A stretch of 64,000 nucleotides of DNA from an uncultured Bacillales bacterium (GCA_946641515.1 CAMPBT010000002.1:43890-107889), one strand, 5' to 3'. Positions 39,625-49,594 are shown, numbered from the stretch's first letter. Made by a program: numbers and translations. Notes: generated from the sequence alone by a model not told the origin.

Positions 39625-39742
39625 ACAAAAAAAGACATTAAATGTTTTCTCTACGTCTGACGTGTGAAGAGATGACATTTAACGTCTTTGTTAATCGATT
39701 TACATATGGAGTTTACCAAACAAAAAATAATCTCGTAAGCAC
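39625..39742 (-). promoter_or_regulatory. Putative transcription attenuator upstream of MATE
   Basis: 15-bp stem (39631-39645 / 39675-39689) plus U-run ending just before the RBS; 9-codon ORF at 39742-39713 upstream. Confidence 0.5.
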
Positions 39743-39746
39743 AATT

Positions 39747-40448
39747 TTATGAAAGCGGTTCCGTCTTTTCTTTTTCCTCTTTAATATATAAGGTTATAGA
39801 ATCAATAATTTCAATTTCTTTTACTACCTTTACGTAGGAAGGTGCGATAAACCAACAAAGATGCAAAGGAAGTAAGACCTTTAAACTAACTAAATATTTA
39901 TTAGATTGTGATTTTAATTTTTTTTTATCAAACAATAAATAATAAAAGAAAGATAAATGTAAAAAGAAAACGCATAAAAAAACTACAATTACTGTAAATA
40001 TAAAAGTTAGTAAATAGAAATCCTCTGAATATATGATTTCCTTTGAATAACTTACTCTATATGTAAGGCCATTTAAAATAGAGATACCAAAAAAGACAAA
40101 GTAATTAAGAATAAGATGAACATATGTTTTCTTTATATCTTTTAACAAATCAAATTTAATTTTACTAATATAGGCATAAGGTTCTACATTTTGAGAAGAA
40201 ATCTCTTTTAAAATAGATTCTACGCTTAAATTATTGATTTCTTCTTCATATACTCTTCTTTTTTGAGTATTACCAAATATGAGCATACAAAAAACAATAT
40301 TAACTGCTCCAACAATAAAACAAATTAAAAAATCACTGACATGGATATATTTATCTAAGCGTATGCCTAGATAATAATAAAATGTTAAAAAGAATGTTGA
40401 TATAATAAACGCTAGTAGACTAGCAATAATCCTTTTAAAAATCTTCAT
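39747..40448 (-). CDS. Hypothetical membrane protein
   Basis: 233 aa, 4-5 TM segments. Confidence 0.65.
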   Translation of the reverse strand: MKIFKRIIASLLAFIISTFFLTFYYYLGIRLDKYIHVSDFLICFIVGAVNIVFCMLIFGNTQKRRVYEEEINNLSVESILKEISSQNVEPYAYISKIKFDLLKDIKKTYVHLILNYFVFFGISILNGLTYRVSYSKEIIYSEDFYLLTFIFTVIVVFLCVFFLHLSFFYYLLFDKKKLKSQSNKYLVSLKVLLPLHLCWFIAPSYVKVVKEIEIIDSITLYIKEEKEKTEPLS

Positions 40449-40649
40449 AAGTCTCCAAAAGACATTATTAGTATAATTAATAAATCACTCTATTCTCAAC
40501 ATTTTTTATAATGATTTATTAAAATTTACGTACATTCAAGCAAGTATTGTTTTAATATATTCATTTTTATATAAAATTGTCTAATTATTTGGCGATTTTA
40601 TAAATAAAAAACACCAGTACTTTTACAATACCAGTGCTAGTCTTCATTA

Positions 40650-40732
40650 TGGTGCGGTATACAGGAATTGAACCTGCACGGTCTCCCACTAGATCCTAAG
40701 TCTAGCGCGTCTGCCAGTTCCGCCAATACCGC
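40650..40732 (-). tRNA. tRNA-Leu(TAG)
   Basis: GCGGTAT acceptor, CTAGA-CTTAGGA-TCTAG anticodon arm, variable arm, CCA. Confidence 0.95.
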
Positions 40733-40748
40733 ATTTTGTATTTCGTGT

Positions 40749-40824
40749 TGGAGCGCCCGACACGATTTAAACGTGCGACCTTAACCTTCGGAGGGTTCTG
40801 CTCTATTCACTGAGCTACGGGCGC
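40749..40824 (-). tRNA. tRNA-Arg(CCG)
   Basis: GCGCCCG acceptor, AACC-CTCCGAA-GGTT anticodon arm, CCA; atypical T-loop TTTAAAT. Confidence 0.9.
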
Positions 40825-40916
40825 ATCGCAATTAGTATTATAGCAATTAAAAACCTTTTTGAAAATAAAAAAATTTAATAATTATAAAAGGTGGATTTCT
40901 CCACCTATATTATTTA

Positions 40917-41780
40917 TTAAATTCTATGTTTAGATAAATAGAAAATTGCCATTGTACCAGGTCCAGAATGGGCTCCAATTACTGGAGTAAGATAATCAAC
41001 AAAGATTCCTTTAGATTTAAATCTCTTTTCTAATTCATTTTTAAACCACATAGCGTCATCTTGACAATCTCCATGAGCAATATAAATATATTGTTTTTCT
41101 GGTTCATCAATAGTTTCTACTATCATCTCTATCATTTTCTTTAATGTAGCTTTTCTACCAATTACTTTACCTAAAGCTTGTAAATGACCTTCATCATCTA
41201 CATGCATAATTGGTTTAATCGCAGCAAATCTTGCAACTAAATAAGTAGCCTTAGTTATTCTTCCCCCTCTATATAAATAAAACATCTCATCTACTGTGAA
41301 TAGATGAGACATTCTTAACTTATTAGCTTCAATGAATGATGCAACGTCTTCAAGTGATTCTCCTGAATCTCTGAATTCGCATGCATATGTTAATAATAGT
41401 CCTTGGCCAAGTGTTGCGCTTAATGAATCAATAACGATAATCTTTCTATCTGGATATTTTTCTTCTAAATTCTTTTTTGCAACCATTGCGTTTTGGTATG
41501 TACCACTTAATCCACTTGAGAATGCTAAGTAAATAATATCATTTCCTTTTTCAAGTTCTTTAGTAAAGGCTTCTTCAAAAGTAAATGTATTAATAGAACC
41601 AGTAGTAACATTTTCCTTTCTTCTTAATGCTGCATATACTTCTTCCATAATTTGTTTATTAGAATTTTTATATTCTTTACCATTAATGAAGAATGAGAGA
41701 GGAATGATTGTTACATTCTTTTCTTTTGCCATTTCATCTGTGTAATTTGAACCTGTGTCTGAAAAAATTTTGTATGCCAT
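40917..41780 (-). CDS. DegV-family fatty-acid-binding protein
   Basis: SSGLSGTYQNA, IDSLSATLGQG, LYRGGRI, IGAHSGPG. Confidence 0.95.
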   Translation of the reverse strand: MAYKIFSDTGSNYTDEMAKEKNVTIIPLSFFINGKEYKNSNKQIMEEVYAALRRKENVTTGSINTFTFEEAFTKELEKGNDIIYLAFSSGLSGTYQNAMVAKKNLEEKYPDRKIIVIDSLSATLGQGLLLTYACEFRDSGESLEDVASFIEANKLRMSHLFTVDEMFYLYRGGRITKATYLVARFAAIKPIMHVDDEGHLQALGKVIGRKATLKKMIEMIVETIDEPEKQYIYIAHGDCQDDAMWFKNELEKRFKSKGIFVDYLTPVIGAHSGPGTMAIFYLSKHRI

Positions 41781-42044
41781 AAGTAAACCTCCTAGATTTC
41801 TTGACCTTAATTTATCATTAAGAATTCATTTTGTTAATACCTTTTTTCCCTACTATTTAATCTGCTTTTGGTAGAATTATTATTTTAGTCGTAGAGTTAG
41901 TTTTTTTGTGTCTACAAATAGTAGGGTTGCGCGTAACATAGGCGTTTTTAAGCTTTTAAAGATTTCGTTTTTAGTAAAAATTTGCCTCTCATTTTCTTCA
42001 CATGTAAAATAAAAGTAGCTAAAGTTCTTGACTAAAAATACTAC

Positions 42045-42683
42045 TTGAATTATATTCAAGATATGAAAACAGAAGAAGAAATTAGACATACGATAGCTTC
42101 AAACCTATCTTTCTATCGCAAATTAAACAACATGACTCAAGCTCAAGTTGCGGAACTTTTATCATACTCAGATAAAGCTATCTCAAAATGGGAAAGAGGA
42201 GAAGCTGCTCCAGATATCTATATTCTTACAGCGTTCGCGGAAATCTATCATGTTTCAGTTAATGATTTATTATCAGAAAAGAAATTAAAGAAATTACCTT
42301 CATCTAGAAGAAATCATTTCTTAATTACTTCTCTATCTGTAGGATTATGTTGGCTAGTTGCAACAATCGTATTTGTCGCATTGCTTTGGATAGGAAATGG
42401 TTCTACTTGGTTAAGTAGATGGTCATATATGCCTTATATCTATGCAATCCCTGCTTCATTTATTGTTACTCTAGTATTTAATAAAATTTGGGGAAGAAGA
42501 AAATGGTCAGTAATTCTAGTTTCTGGAATTATTTGGGGTGTTGGTCTAGCTTTAGAAAGGTCTACATCAGGATATATGGAAGGAGCATGGCTCTTCTATA
42601 TCATTTGTATTCCAGTAGAAATACTTACATTGCTTTGGTACTTAATTGTTAGAAAAGGCAATTCAAAATATACACAAGGTTAA
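42045..42683 (+). CDS. XRE-family HTH regulator with a C-terminal 4-TM domain
   Basis: MTQAQVAELLSYSDKAISKWERGEAAPD followed by hydrophobic segments. Confidence 0.88.
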   Translation: MNYIQDMKTEEEIRHTIASNLSFYRKLNNMTQAQVAELLSYSDKAISKWERGEAAPDIYILTAFAEIYHVSVNDLLSEKKLKKLPSSRRNHFLITSLSVGLCWLVATIVFVALLWIGNGSTWLSRWSYMPYIYAIPASFIVTLVFNKIWGRRKWSVILVSGIIWGVGLALERSTSGYMEGAWLFYIICIPVEILTLLWYLIVRKGNSKYTQG

Positions 42684-42718
42684 AAAAATGCTCTGAAGAA
42701 CTAACTTCAGAGCTTTTA

Positions 42719-43909
42719 TTATCTACTTACAATATTATATTTTTCTTTAATTTTCTCTTTATTTTTATACATATTTTCATCTGCTCTTTGGAAGACTTCA
42801 TTGTATGAAGTATTGCTTAAGTGCTTCGCGCTTCCAATAGCCACAGACAAAACAAGAGTTTGCTCTTCAAAAATGATTTCTTGATATGCAAATCGTTCTT
42901 CAAATTTATTTAATAATGTAGGTAAGTTTTCATAATCTTCATTCGCGCATATTGCAACGAATTCATCTCCACCAGTATGGAACAATCTACTATGTTCAAA
43001 AATAGAAGGTAACTGATGACCAAATTCAATAATTAATTGGCAACCATATCGGTGTCCTAAAGTATCATCAGTATGTTTTAAGCCATTTAAATCCATTACT
43101 ACTACAGCATATTTATTTAATTCAACTTGTTTCTTTTCAATCTTAATAAGATATTCATAATATGCTCTTTCGTTTCCAAGTCCTGTTAAGATATCTGTAT
43201 TATTAGTTCTAATCATATCGTTACGGTTTCTTTCAACTGCACCGATATAGATAAATAAGAAATAAATTAAACACGCTAAGACAATAGTAGTAGATAAGTT
43301 TTCTGTATCATAATACATCTCTGCCACTGATGAGAAAATTGTAAAGAAGAAGATAATACCAGCTAAAAGAATATTTCTAGTTCCAGATCTATAATATTTA
43401 ATAGTAAGAACTACTGCAGCATATATTAATAATACAAAACATAATAAAGGGGAATAATATCTAAAGAACAATACTTTTCCAGCTTTCCAAGAATTTTCAT
43501 AAATAACAAATGTTAGATTATTAAAATATGTTTGAACGTAAATTGGAACAGTTAGAGCAACTAGTCCTACTAAAATCCAGTTCCACTTGGATTTTGCAGC
43601 TAACTGAATAAATAACAATACTAATGTTGGTCTAAGACAATAATTGATGAAAGACAAAGTCTTTCTCATATTGTCTCCTCCATACTTATTATATTTACTT
43701 ACCGCTTCACTAGTAGAATAACCAATTCCACTTAGCTTAGCCTCCATATGAACAGATATTGATAAGAAAATAGAAACACCAATAATAATATAGAAATATA
43801 TTCTAGTCCTATCTTTAATCTCCTTAGATAAAAGGACTGCTAAAAATAGTGCTACTCCTGCAAATAGCAAGTTAATGTTTTCGAGTAAAAATTCAAAGAC
43901 AGTATCCAT
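42719..43909 (-). CDS. Membrane-bound diguanylate cyclase
   Basis: About 7 TM segments, then DILTGLGN, DLNGLK..DTLGH..G, intact GGDEF, ADENMY. Confidence 0.9.
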   Translation of the reverse strand: MDTVFEFLLENINLLFAGVALFLAVLLSKEIKDRTRIYFYIIIGVSIFLSISVHMEAKLSGIGYSTSEAVSKYNKYGGDNMRKTLSFINYCLRPTLVLLFIQLAAKSKWNWILVGLVALTVPIYVQTYFNNLTFVIYENSWKAGKVLFFRYYSPLLCFVLLIYAAVVLTIKYYRSGTRNILLAGIIFFFTIFSSVAEMYYDTENLSTTIVLACLIYFLFIYIGAVERNRNDMIRTNNTDILTGLGNERAYYEYLIKIEKKQVELNKYAVVVMDLNGLKHTDDTLGHRYGCQLIIEFGHQLPSIFEHSRLFHTGGDEFVAICANEDYENLPTLLNKFEERFAYQEIIFEEQTLVLSVAIGSAKHLSNTSYNEVFQRADENMYKNKEKIKEKYNIVSR

Positions 43910-43952
43910 ACTACACCTGAACTTTCTTCCCCCAAAAATATTATAAGAATTA

Positions 43953-44948
43953 TTACTTATTTTTCTTATAAATGATTCCTTGTATTAATTTTACCATAGG
44001 TACAGTAACAATTGTAAGAGGGTAAATGATATTAAAGACGTTAATAGATGCTGTAAAATCAACTGGTAGAAGTCCAAATCCAACATTTGAAGGTCCATCA
44101 ATATTAAGTGATAAAGAAATAAAGAATAAGATGATAGAAACTAATGAAATAATAGTACCTACTAGTCCAATGATAAAATCATGTTCTTTTCTAACCTCTT
44201 CTTTTAATTCTAAATAATGGAATTCATATATCATCATATAAACCCAAGGTAAGATAAATAATATAAATAACATAATAGAATAGAAGACATATCCATTACT
44301 TAAATCAATAGATTTAAAGAAATATATTGTCGCAGAAAAGCTAAATAAAGCAACTAGTAACCAAATACCTTTACCGATATTTGCGATTACTCTACATTTT
44401 TTATTTTCTACACCTCTAGTAGGTAAAGATAAATTAATTTCATTCTTTAATTTAGTAGTAATAATAACACTAAGTACACCGATAACAATTAACACTAAAC
44501 CAGTTAGCATCTGATCTAAAGGATATAAATCTGTAGGTGAACCTTCAATTAAAGAAGAATATACCTTAGTACCAAGTCCAATTAATGGAGCAAGAGCAGA
44601 AATTGTACCAAAAACAATAATAGTAATAGAATGTTTAAAGATACGTTTACAAGTAATATCTTTATTATAATTTCTAAATAAGATATGTAAATTACCAAGT
44701 ACAAAAATACAACCAATAGTACTACTTAAATATGGTAAAGATCTTACTATGTCACGAAGCGCAATATCACTAGAAGAAGAAATAATAGATCCAATGATAT
44801 CACACATCATATAAACAAAATCAAAGAAGTAACCTGCACAAGTTGCAAATAATAAAATGATTAAAATAGATAAAGTAAATGATTGATTCCATGTCTTCTT
44901 ATCACATGAAGCAAGAATTCTATTTTCTTTTTTAAATAACTCTTTCAT
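43953..44948 (-). CDS. Hypothetical multi-pass membrane protein
   Basis: About 8 TM segments; ATG 44948 overlaps the upstream stop (TAATG). Confidence 0.7.
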   Translation of the reverse strand: MKELFKKENRILASCDKKTWNQSFTLSILIILLFATCAGYFFDFVYMMCDIIGSIISSSSDIALRDIVRSLPYLSSTIGCIFVLGNLHILFRNYNKDITCKRIFKHSITIIVFGTISALAPLIGLGTKVYSSLIEGSPTDLYPLDQMLTGLVLIVIGVLSVIITTKLKNEINLSLPTRGVENKKCRVIANIGKGIWLLVALFSFSATIYFFKSIDLSNGYVFYSIMLFILFILPWVYMMIYEFHYLELKEEVRKEHDFIIGLVGTIISLVSIILFFISLSLNIDGPSNVGFGLLPVDFTASINVFNIIYPLTIVTVPMVKLIQGIIYKKNK

Positions 44949-46069
44949 TAGAATTTCACCCATCTGACAAAGTCTTCATTGTCCCTTTCATTTAAATATA
45001 AGTGATATAAATCAAATTCTTCATTATCTCTTAATGTTACTAATGAAGCACCAATTAAATCAAATTCTTCATTAATACCAACTGATGTAAGGCCATCTTG
45101 TACTTCTTTAGTCTCGTCACTAGCATCAACATGTGCAAAATATAATTCTTTACCAGTTTTAACACCAAGTCCAAGTACCATATTATGATATTCAACTGTC
45201 CAGTCAACATTATGAGCATGTCCACTGAAAGTAGCTTTAACATTCATCTTTTCCGCTTCAGTTAAGAATTTACTTGGAGCTTCTTGTTCTGCAAAAGATT
45301 CAAGTTTAAAGAATTTATTTTTATAAGAAGCACCATTAACTACTTCATTATAAATAGTCTTCATTTCAGGTGAAGGGATATGATAATAAGCAATAACAGG
45401 TACTGAAGAACCTACTAAATCATGTTCTTTCTTTAACCAATTTACTTGATCATCACGAATATAGTCATAGTTTCTAGCAATAGAAGCAGATGAATCAGAG
45501 AAAGATGCACCAGAATCTAAATTCGCAATCTGCCATTTAGTATTATTATCTTCATCTTTTAAGTTAATAACTAAATTACTTCTACCATATAAATCGTCAT
45601 TAGGTTCAGTATATATGCAGTGTTCTGCATTTATAAATTGTTTAGCAAGCCAAGTAGGATTATATGTTCCTTGTCTATCATGGTTTCCCCATAAAATTGT
45701 ATATTTAAAGTCATACTCTTTAGCTTCTTCTTCCATAAAATTAACAAAGCTTTTAACATAATCAGAATTAGATAACATAAATGTATCACCAGTAATTTCA
45801 ATTAAGTCAATTTTAGCGTCATTACTTTGAGTTTTAAGAACATAACCTTTAGCTTCTTTAATAACTTTATGTAAATATTGTTTAGATGAAGTATCAGATG
45901 TATTTAAGTTCCAATGGATATCAGTTAATTGTAAAACATTAAATTTATTATGATAATCCATAGTAAAAGCATAATCATCTAGATGATCTTCATAATGACT
46001 TACATTGCCGCATCCAGTTACAAACAAAGACAATACAAGCAATGAAGTTTTTATTATTTTATTCTTCAT
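44948..46069 (-). CDS. Calcineurin-like metallophosphoesterase lipoprotein
   Basis: Lipobox VTGC; motifs TDIH, TGD, GNHD, H, GHAH. Confidence 0.88.
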   Translation of the reverse strand: MKNKIIKTSLLVLSLFVTGCGNVSHYEDHLDDYAFTMDYHNKFNVLQLTDIHWNLNTSDTSSKQYLHKVIKEAKGYVLKTQSNDAKIDLIEITGDTFMLSNSDYVKSFVNFMEEEAKEYDFKYTILWGNHDRQGTYNPTWLAKQFINAEHCIYTEPNDDLYGRSNLVINLKDEDNNTKWQIANLDSGASFSDSSASIARNYDYIRDDQVNWLKKEHDLVGSSVPVIAYYHIPSPEMKTIYNEVVNGASYKNKFFKLESFAEQEAPSKFLTEAEKMNVKATFSGHAHNVDWTVEYHNMVLGLGVKTGKELYFAHVDASDETKEVQDGLTSVGINEEFDLIGASLVTLRDNEEFDLYHLYLNERDNEDFVRWVKF

Positions 46070-46387
46070 ATTAGTTAGTCTCCTTATTTACATTATACAC
46101 ATTTATATTCTATCAAGTTAAACAACACATTAATTTATATAAAAATTCATATTATTGTATTTACGATAATTACCTACATTTTCAACCGATAAAAAACTAC
46201 ATAAATTTATTGACAATTGCAATATATTTTAGTTGATTTTCTTGCATACCTTACATAAATAATATTATTTATTATAACTTAAAGGTGCCTAAATGACGCC
46301 TATTTTTATGGTGCCCAATAATATTATAACGATAACATTCTGTAATCGGTAAAAATGTAGAATTCTACAAAAAATACGATTAGTTAC

Positions 46388-46498
46388 ATTGACTTAAGAA
46401 ACACAAACTGTTATTAACACTTATCCTTCTGCCTTAAGTAATGATAAGCGTTTTAAATTTTAAATTTTATAATTATTCATTAGTTGAAGGAATTGGTA
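46388..46498. repeat. Inverted intergenic copy of 56794-56896 (internal fragment of the tyrosine phosphatase gene)
   Basis: 54-bp perfect match (46405-46458 vs 56880-56827) and 26-bp perfect match (46467-46492 vs 56825-56800), separated by a 7-bp local duplication. Confidence 0.92.
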
Positions 46499-46588
46499 CT
46501 GAAAAACTATTATAACAATTATAAGCATCAAAAAAATCGCTTCATAATGTTGGGTACTCTACATAATGAGGCGATTTTATTTTTCTAA

Positions 46589-46665
<77 letters not shown>

Positions 46666-46705
46666 ATATTTACCTTAGAAATAATTCTAAGGTATAAAAT
46701 AATCC

Positions 46706-47503
46706 TTATTGCTTTCTTAAAATAACAATATAAGAATGGTTCAAATTGACATAGAAGACACTTGGATAACCAAGAAGTAATCTACCTCTAGAATCATTAT
46801 GATCATAGATAATAACGTCTTGATATAAGAAACCGTGTTTTACACCAAGTTTTGCCACATCAGAATGACATTCTACATATGGTCTACCATTAGAGATATC
46901 TCTAAAATCTCTAACGATAAGAGCAACATAACCACCGACCTTAATCTTGTCATAAGCACGAGCAAGCATTTGGTCATAGTTATATAAGAAATCTTCATAT
47001 GAGAAATTAGCATTCTCTTTTTCTTCAACGTTATACATTACACTACTAATAGCAAGCTGAATTGAATTTGGTTCAATATAATCAGCATATTCATCAAAAT
47101 AGCCGTTATAAGTTCTGTAATCTGAGTTAACAAGTAAATTCATTGAATTGACTAAATGATTATTAGCTTCAACAAATTTAACTGGATCAGTTTCAAAGCC
47201 TAATGCATGTCTATTGTTATGAATTGCTGCGACAAGTGAATTACCATAACCCATAAAAGGATCTAAGATAGTATCGTCTTCTTTAGAATACATGCTGATA
47301 ATACGAGCATAGACTTCTTCATCGATTACATCTTGTCCAGAAACTTTGTTTTCTGAACGTGGAAAAGGAAGGTCATTCCAAACACTTCTTGAGCCTTTAG
47401 CCCATTCACTTGCGGAAAGTCCATTAAAAGTAGATTCTCTTTGTATCTTTTCTTTTTGTGATTCTTCAACTGAATCGACAAAGTAGTCTTTCTTGTTAGC
47501 CAT
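46706..47503 (-). CDS. DNA amino-methyltransferase-like protein with a degenerate motif IV
   Basis: ILDPFMGYGNSL (motif I); ISSVMYN where SPPY is expected; ATG 47503 with RBS GGGAG. Confidence 0.75.
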   Translation of the reverse strand: MANKKDYFVDSVEESQKEKIQRESTFNGLSASEWAKGSRSVWNDLPFPRSENKVSGQDVIDEEVYARIISMYSKEDDTILDPFMGYGNSLVAAIHNNRHALGFETDPVKFVEANNHLVNSMNLLVNSDYRTYNGYFDEYADYIEPNSIQLAISSVMYNVEEKENANFSYEDFLYNYDQMLARAYDKIKVGGYVALIVRDFRDISNGRPYVECHSDVAKLGVKHGFLYQDVIIYDHNDSRGRLLLGYPSVFYVNLNHSYIVILRKQ

Positions 47504-47519
47504 ATTATCTCCCGAGTTA

Positions 47520-48470
47520 TTATTGTGGATTGCCACTTAAATTAAGGACATCTTCTTTTGGTGCCTCAATAACTTTAATTTCAATAGGTTCAAGCATACA
47601 CTCTTCTTCATTGTATTCTTTAGAGAATTCATAGACGAGTTTAGCTTTGATATGAATCCATGATCTATCTTTTAGATCAAGTCCCATTTTGCTCTTTACG
47701 AGGAAGCCACATAATTGTACGTCATTTGCGCAGCAATTCATGACTTTTCTACCTGCAATAAATGTACCTGCAGGTAATTTATCAGAGAAGAAGATTTGGT
47801 TATCATATTCAACAACCTTACCTTCATATCTTTCTTTATGATCGAATGTATCAATGTAGAAAGTTGCAAAATCATCTCTCTTAACATCAATTACATCAGC
47901 CTCTACATCATAAGGAAGAGGTTCTTCAAATGCATCTGTTGCAACAAACTTTTCATCCATAATATAGAAGGCACCTTGTGAGTTAGCCATCTTTAATGGA
48001 GTTTTAAATGGTTCAAGTTGTTTAGAAGCATCAGTTACGTGAGTAAATACAACTAACTGTGCCTTTTGAACAATTTCCACCATCTTTTGTCTCATGTTAT
48101 TAAAATAGATAGGGAATGTAGTAGCGTCAACAAAAGCGATAACCTGAACTAAATCCATGCACTGAGGGAACTGTAATTTAGATAAGTCCCACATACCGTT
48201 CATTTCAATAACAATTCTTTTAGGTTTAAATTCATCAATCTTTTCTTGGATAGACTGGTATGTAAATGATTCTTGATCTTCATAATACACAATATCTGTA
48301 TTATGTTCGAACTTTAACATTTTAGCATCATATTCAGTTTCACCTTCTTCACAGACAATTAATAATGTTGGTTGATTAAAACCATCAGTCTTAATTGTTT
48401 CTGTGATAAAAGAAGTTTTACCAGCATCCATAATACCATTAATGAAGAATGTAGGTATTTTCTTTGTCAT
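47520..48470 (-). CDS. CobW-like GTPase domain fused to a TIGR03943-like C-terminal domain
   Basis: GIMDAGKT, CEEGE, IEMNGMW; C-terminal GRKVMNCCANDVQ. Confidence 0.75.
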   Translation of the reverse strand: MTKKIPTFFINGIMDAGKTSFITETIKTDGFNQPTLLIVCEEGETEYDAKMLKFEHNTDIVYYEDQESFTYQSIQEKIDEFKPKRIVIEMNGMWDLSKLQFPQCMDLVQVIAFVDATTFPIYFNNMRQKMVEIVQKAQLVVFTHVTDASKQLEPFKTPLKMANSQGAFYIMDEKFVATDAFEEPLPYDVEADVIDVKRDDFATFYIDTFDHKERYEGKVVEYDNQIFFSDKLPAGTFIAGRKVMNCCANDVQLCGFLVKSKMGLDLKDRSWIHIKAKLVYEFSKEYNEEECMLEPIEIKVIEAPKEDVLNLSGNPQ

Positions 48471-48472
48471 AA

Positions 48473-49594
48473 TTAAATTTCCTTAAATAAATGTTCAATC
48501 TTTTCTTCATCAACATGATGGCCAATAACAACAATTCTACCTGTGTAATCTGGTTCACCAAGTCTAATATCATAATCACCAGTAACGTAGTCAAAATAGT
48601 ACCACTTATCATTGTCTTTTGCTTTTAAGATACCTTTAGATCTTAAAATCATACCAACTGATTCATCAGTTTTTAATGTATCTAAGAATTTAACAAGTTC
48701 ATCTTTAGTTACTGACTTAACTGTTTCCATACCCCATGAGTTGAATTCTTCATCAGCATCATGTCCGTGGTGATGGTGGTGGTGATGATGTTCATGACCT
48801 TCTTCATCGTGGTCATGATGATGACAGCAACATTCATCTTCTTCATCTTCATCATGATCTTCATGGTCATGATGATGGCAACAGTGTTCGTGTTCTTCTT
48901 CATCTTCATCGTGATGATGATGGTGATGATGGCATTCACATTCTGGGTCATCACATTCTTCTTCATCTTCAACTTCATCTACTAAGTGAGATAAAGTAAC
49001 TTTTGATTCTAAGAATTCTACTAACTTATCTGCATCTAAAGCACTTACTGCAGTTGTAATAATTGATGAATCTTTGTTTTGTTCTCTAACTACATCAACT
49101 GTTTCTTGTAATTTAGCTTCATCAATCATGTCAGTTTTTGTAATGATAATTGAATCTGCAGTTGCAACTTGGTTAACAAAGAATTCACCAAAGTTCTTTA
49201 ACTGTAATTTAGCCTTCTTACCATCAACAACTGTACATAAGATGTTGAGCTTTAAATCTTCACCAGTAACTTTCTTTACTGCGTTAACAATGTCAGATAA
49301 TTTTCCTACACCTGAAGGTTCAATAATAATTCTTTCTGGCTTATATGTTTCTACTAACTCTTTGATAGATGCTTCAAAGTCACCAACTAAAGAACAGCAA
49401 ATACAGCCAGCATTGATTTCTTTAATCTTGACACCTGCTTCTTTTAAGAAAGAACCATCGATACCAATTTCTCCGAATTCATTTTCAATTAAAACAACTT
49501 TTTCTTTTTTGAATTTCGCGCTTTCAAATAATTTTTTGATAACTGTAGTTTTTCCTGCGCCTAAAAAACCACTTATAACGTCTACTTTTACCAT
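48473..49594 (-). CDS. COG0523/CobW-family metallochaperone GTPase with a His/Cys/acidic insert
   Basis: GFLGAGKTT, ENEFGE, GCICCS, EPSGVG; long H/C/D/E tract. Confidence 0.93.
   Translation of the reverse strand: MVKVDVISGFLGAGKTTVIKKLFESAKFKKEKVVLIENEFGEIGIDGSFLKEAGVKIKEINAGCICCSLVGDFEASIKELVETYKPERIIIEPSGVGKLSDIVNAVKKVTGEDLKLNILCTVVDGKKAKLQLKNFGEFFVNQVATADSIIITKTDMIDEAKLQETVDVVREQNKDSSIITTAVSALDADKLVEFLESKVTLSHLVDEVEDEEECDDPECECHHHHHHHDEDEEEHEHCCHHHDHEDHDEDEEDECCCHHHDHDEEGHEHHHHHHHHGHDADEEFNSWGMETVKSVTKDELVKFLDTLKTDESVGMILRSKGILKAKDNDKWYYFDYVTGDYDIRLGEPDYTGRIVVIGHHVDEEKIEHLFKEI

Noticed and set aside
46388-46498. Diversity-generating retroelement TR/VR pair with 56794-56896
   Set aside because: No reverse transcriptase in the window, differences are not adenine-specific, and the target is not a C-terminal variable region
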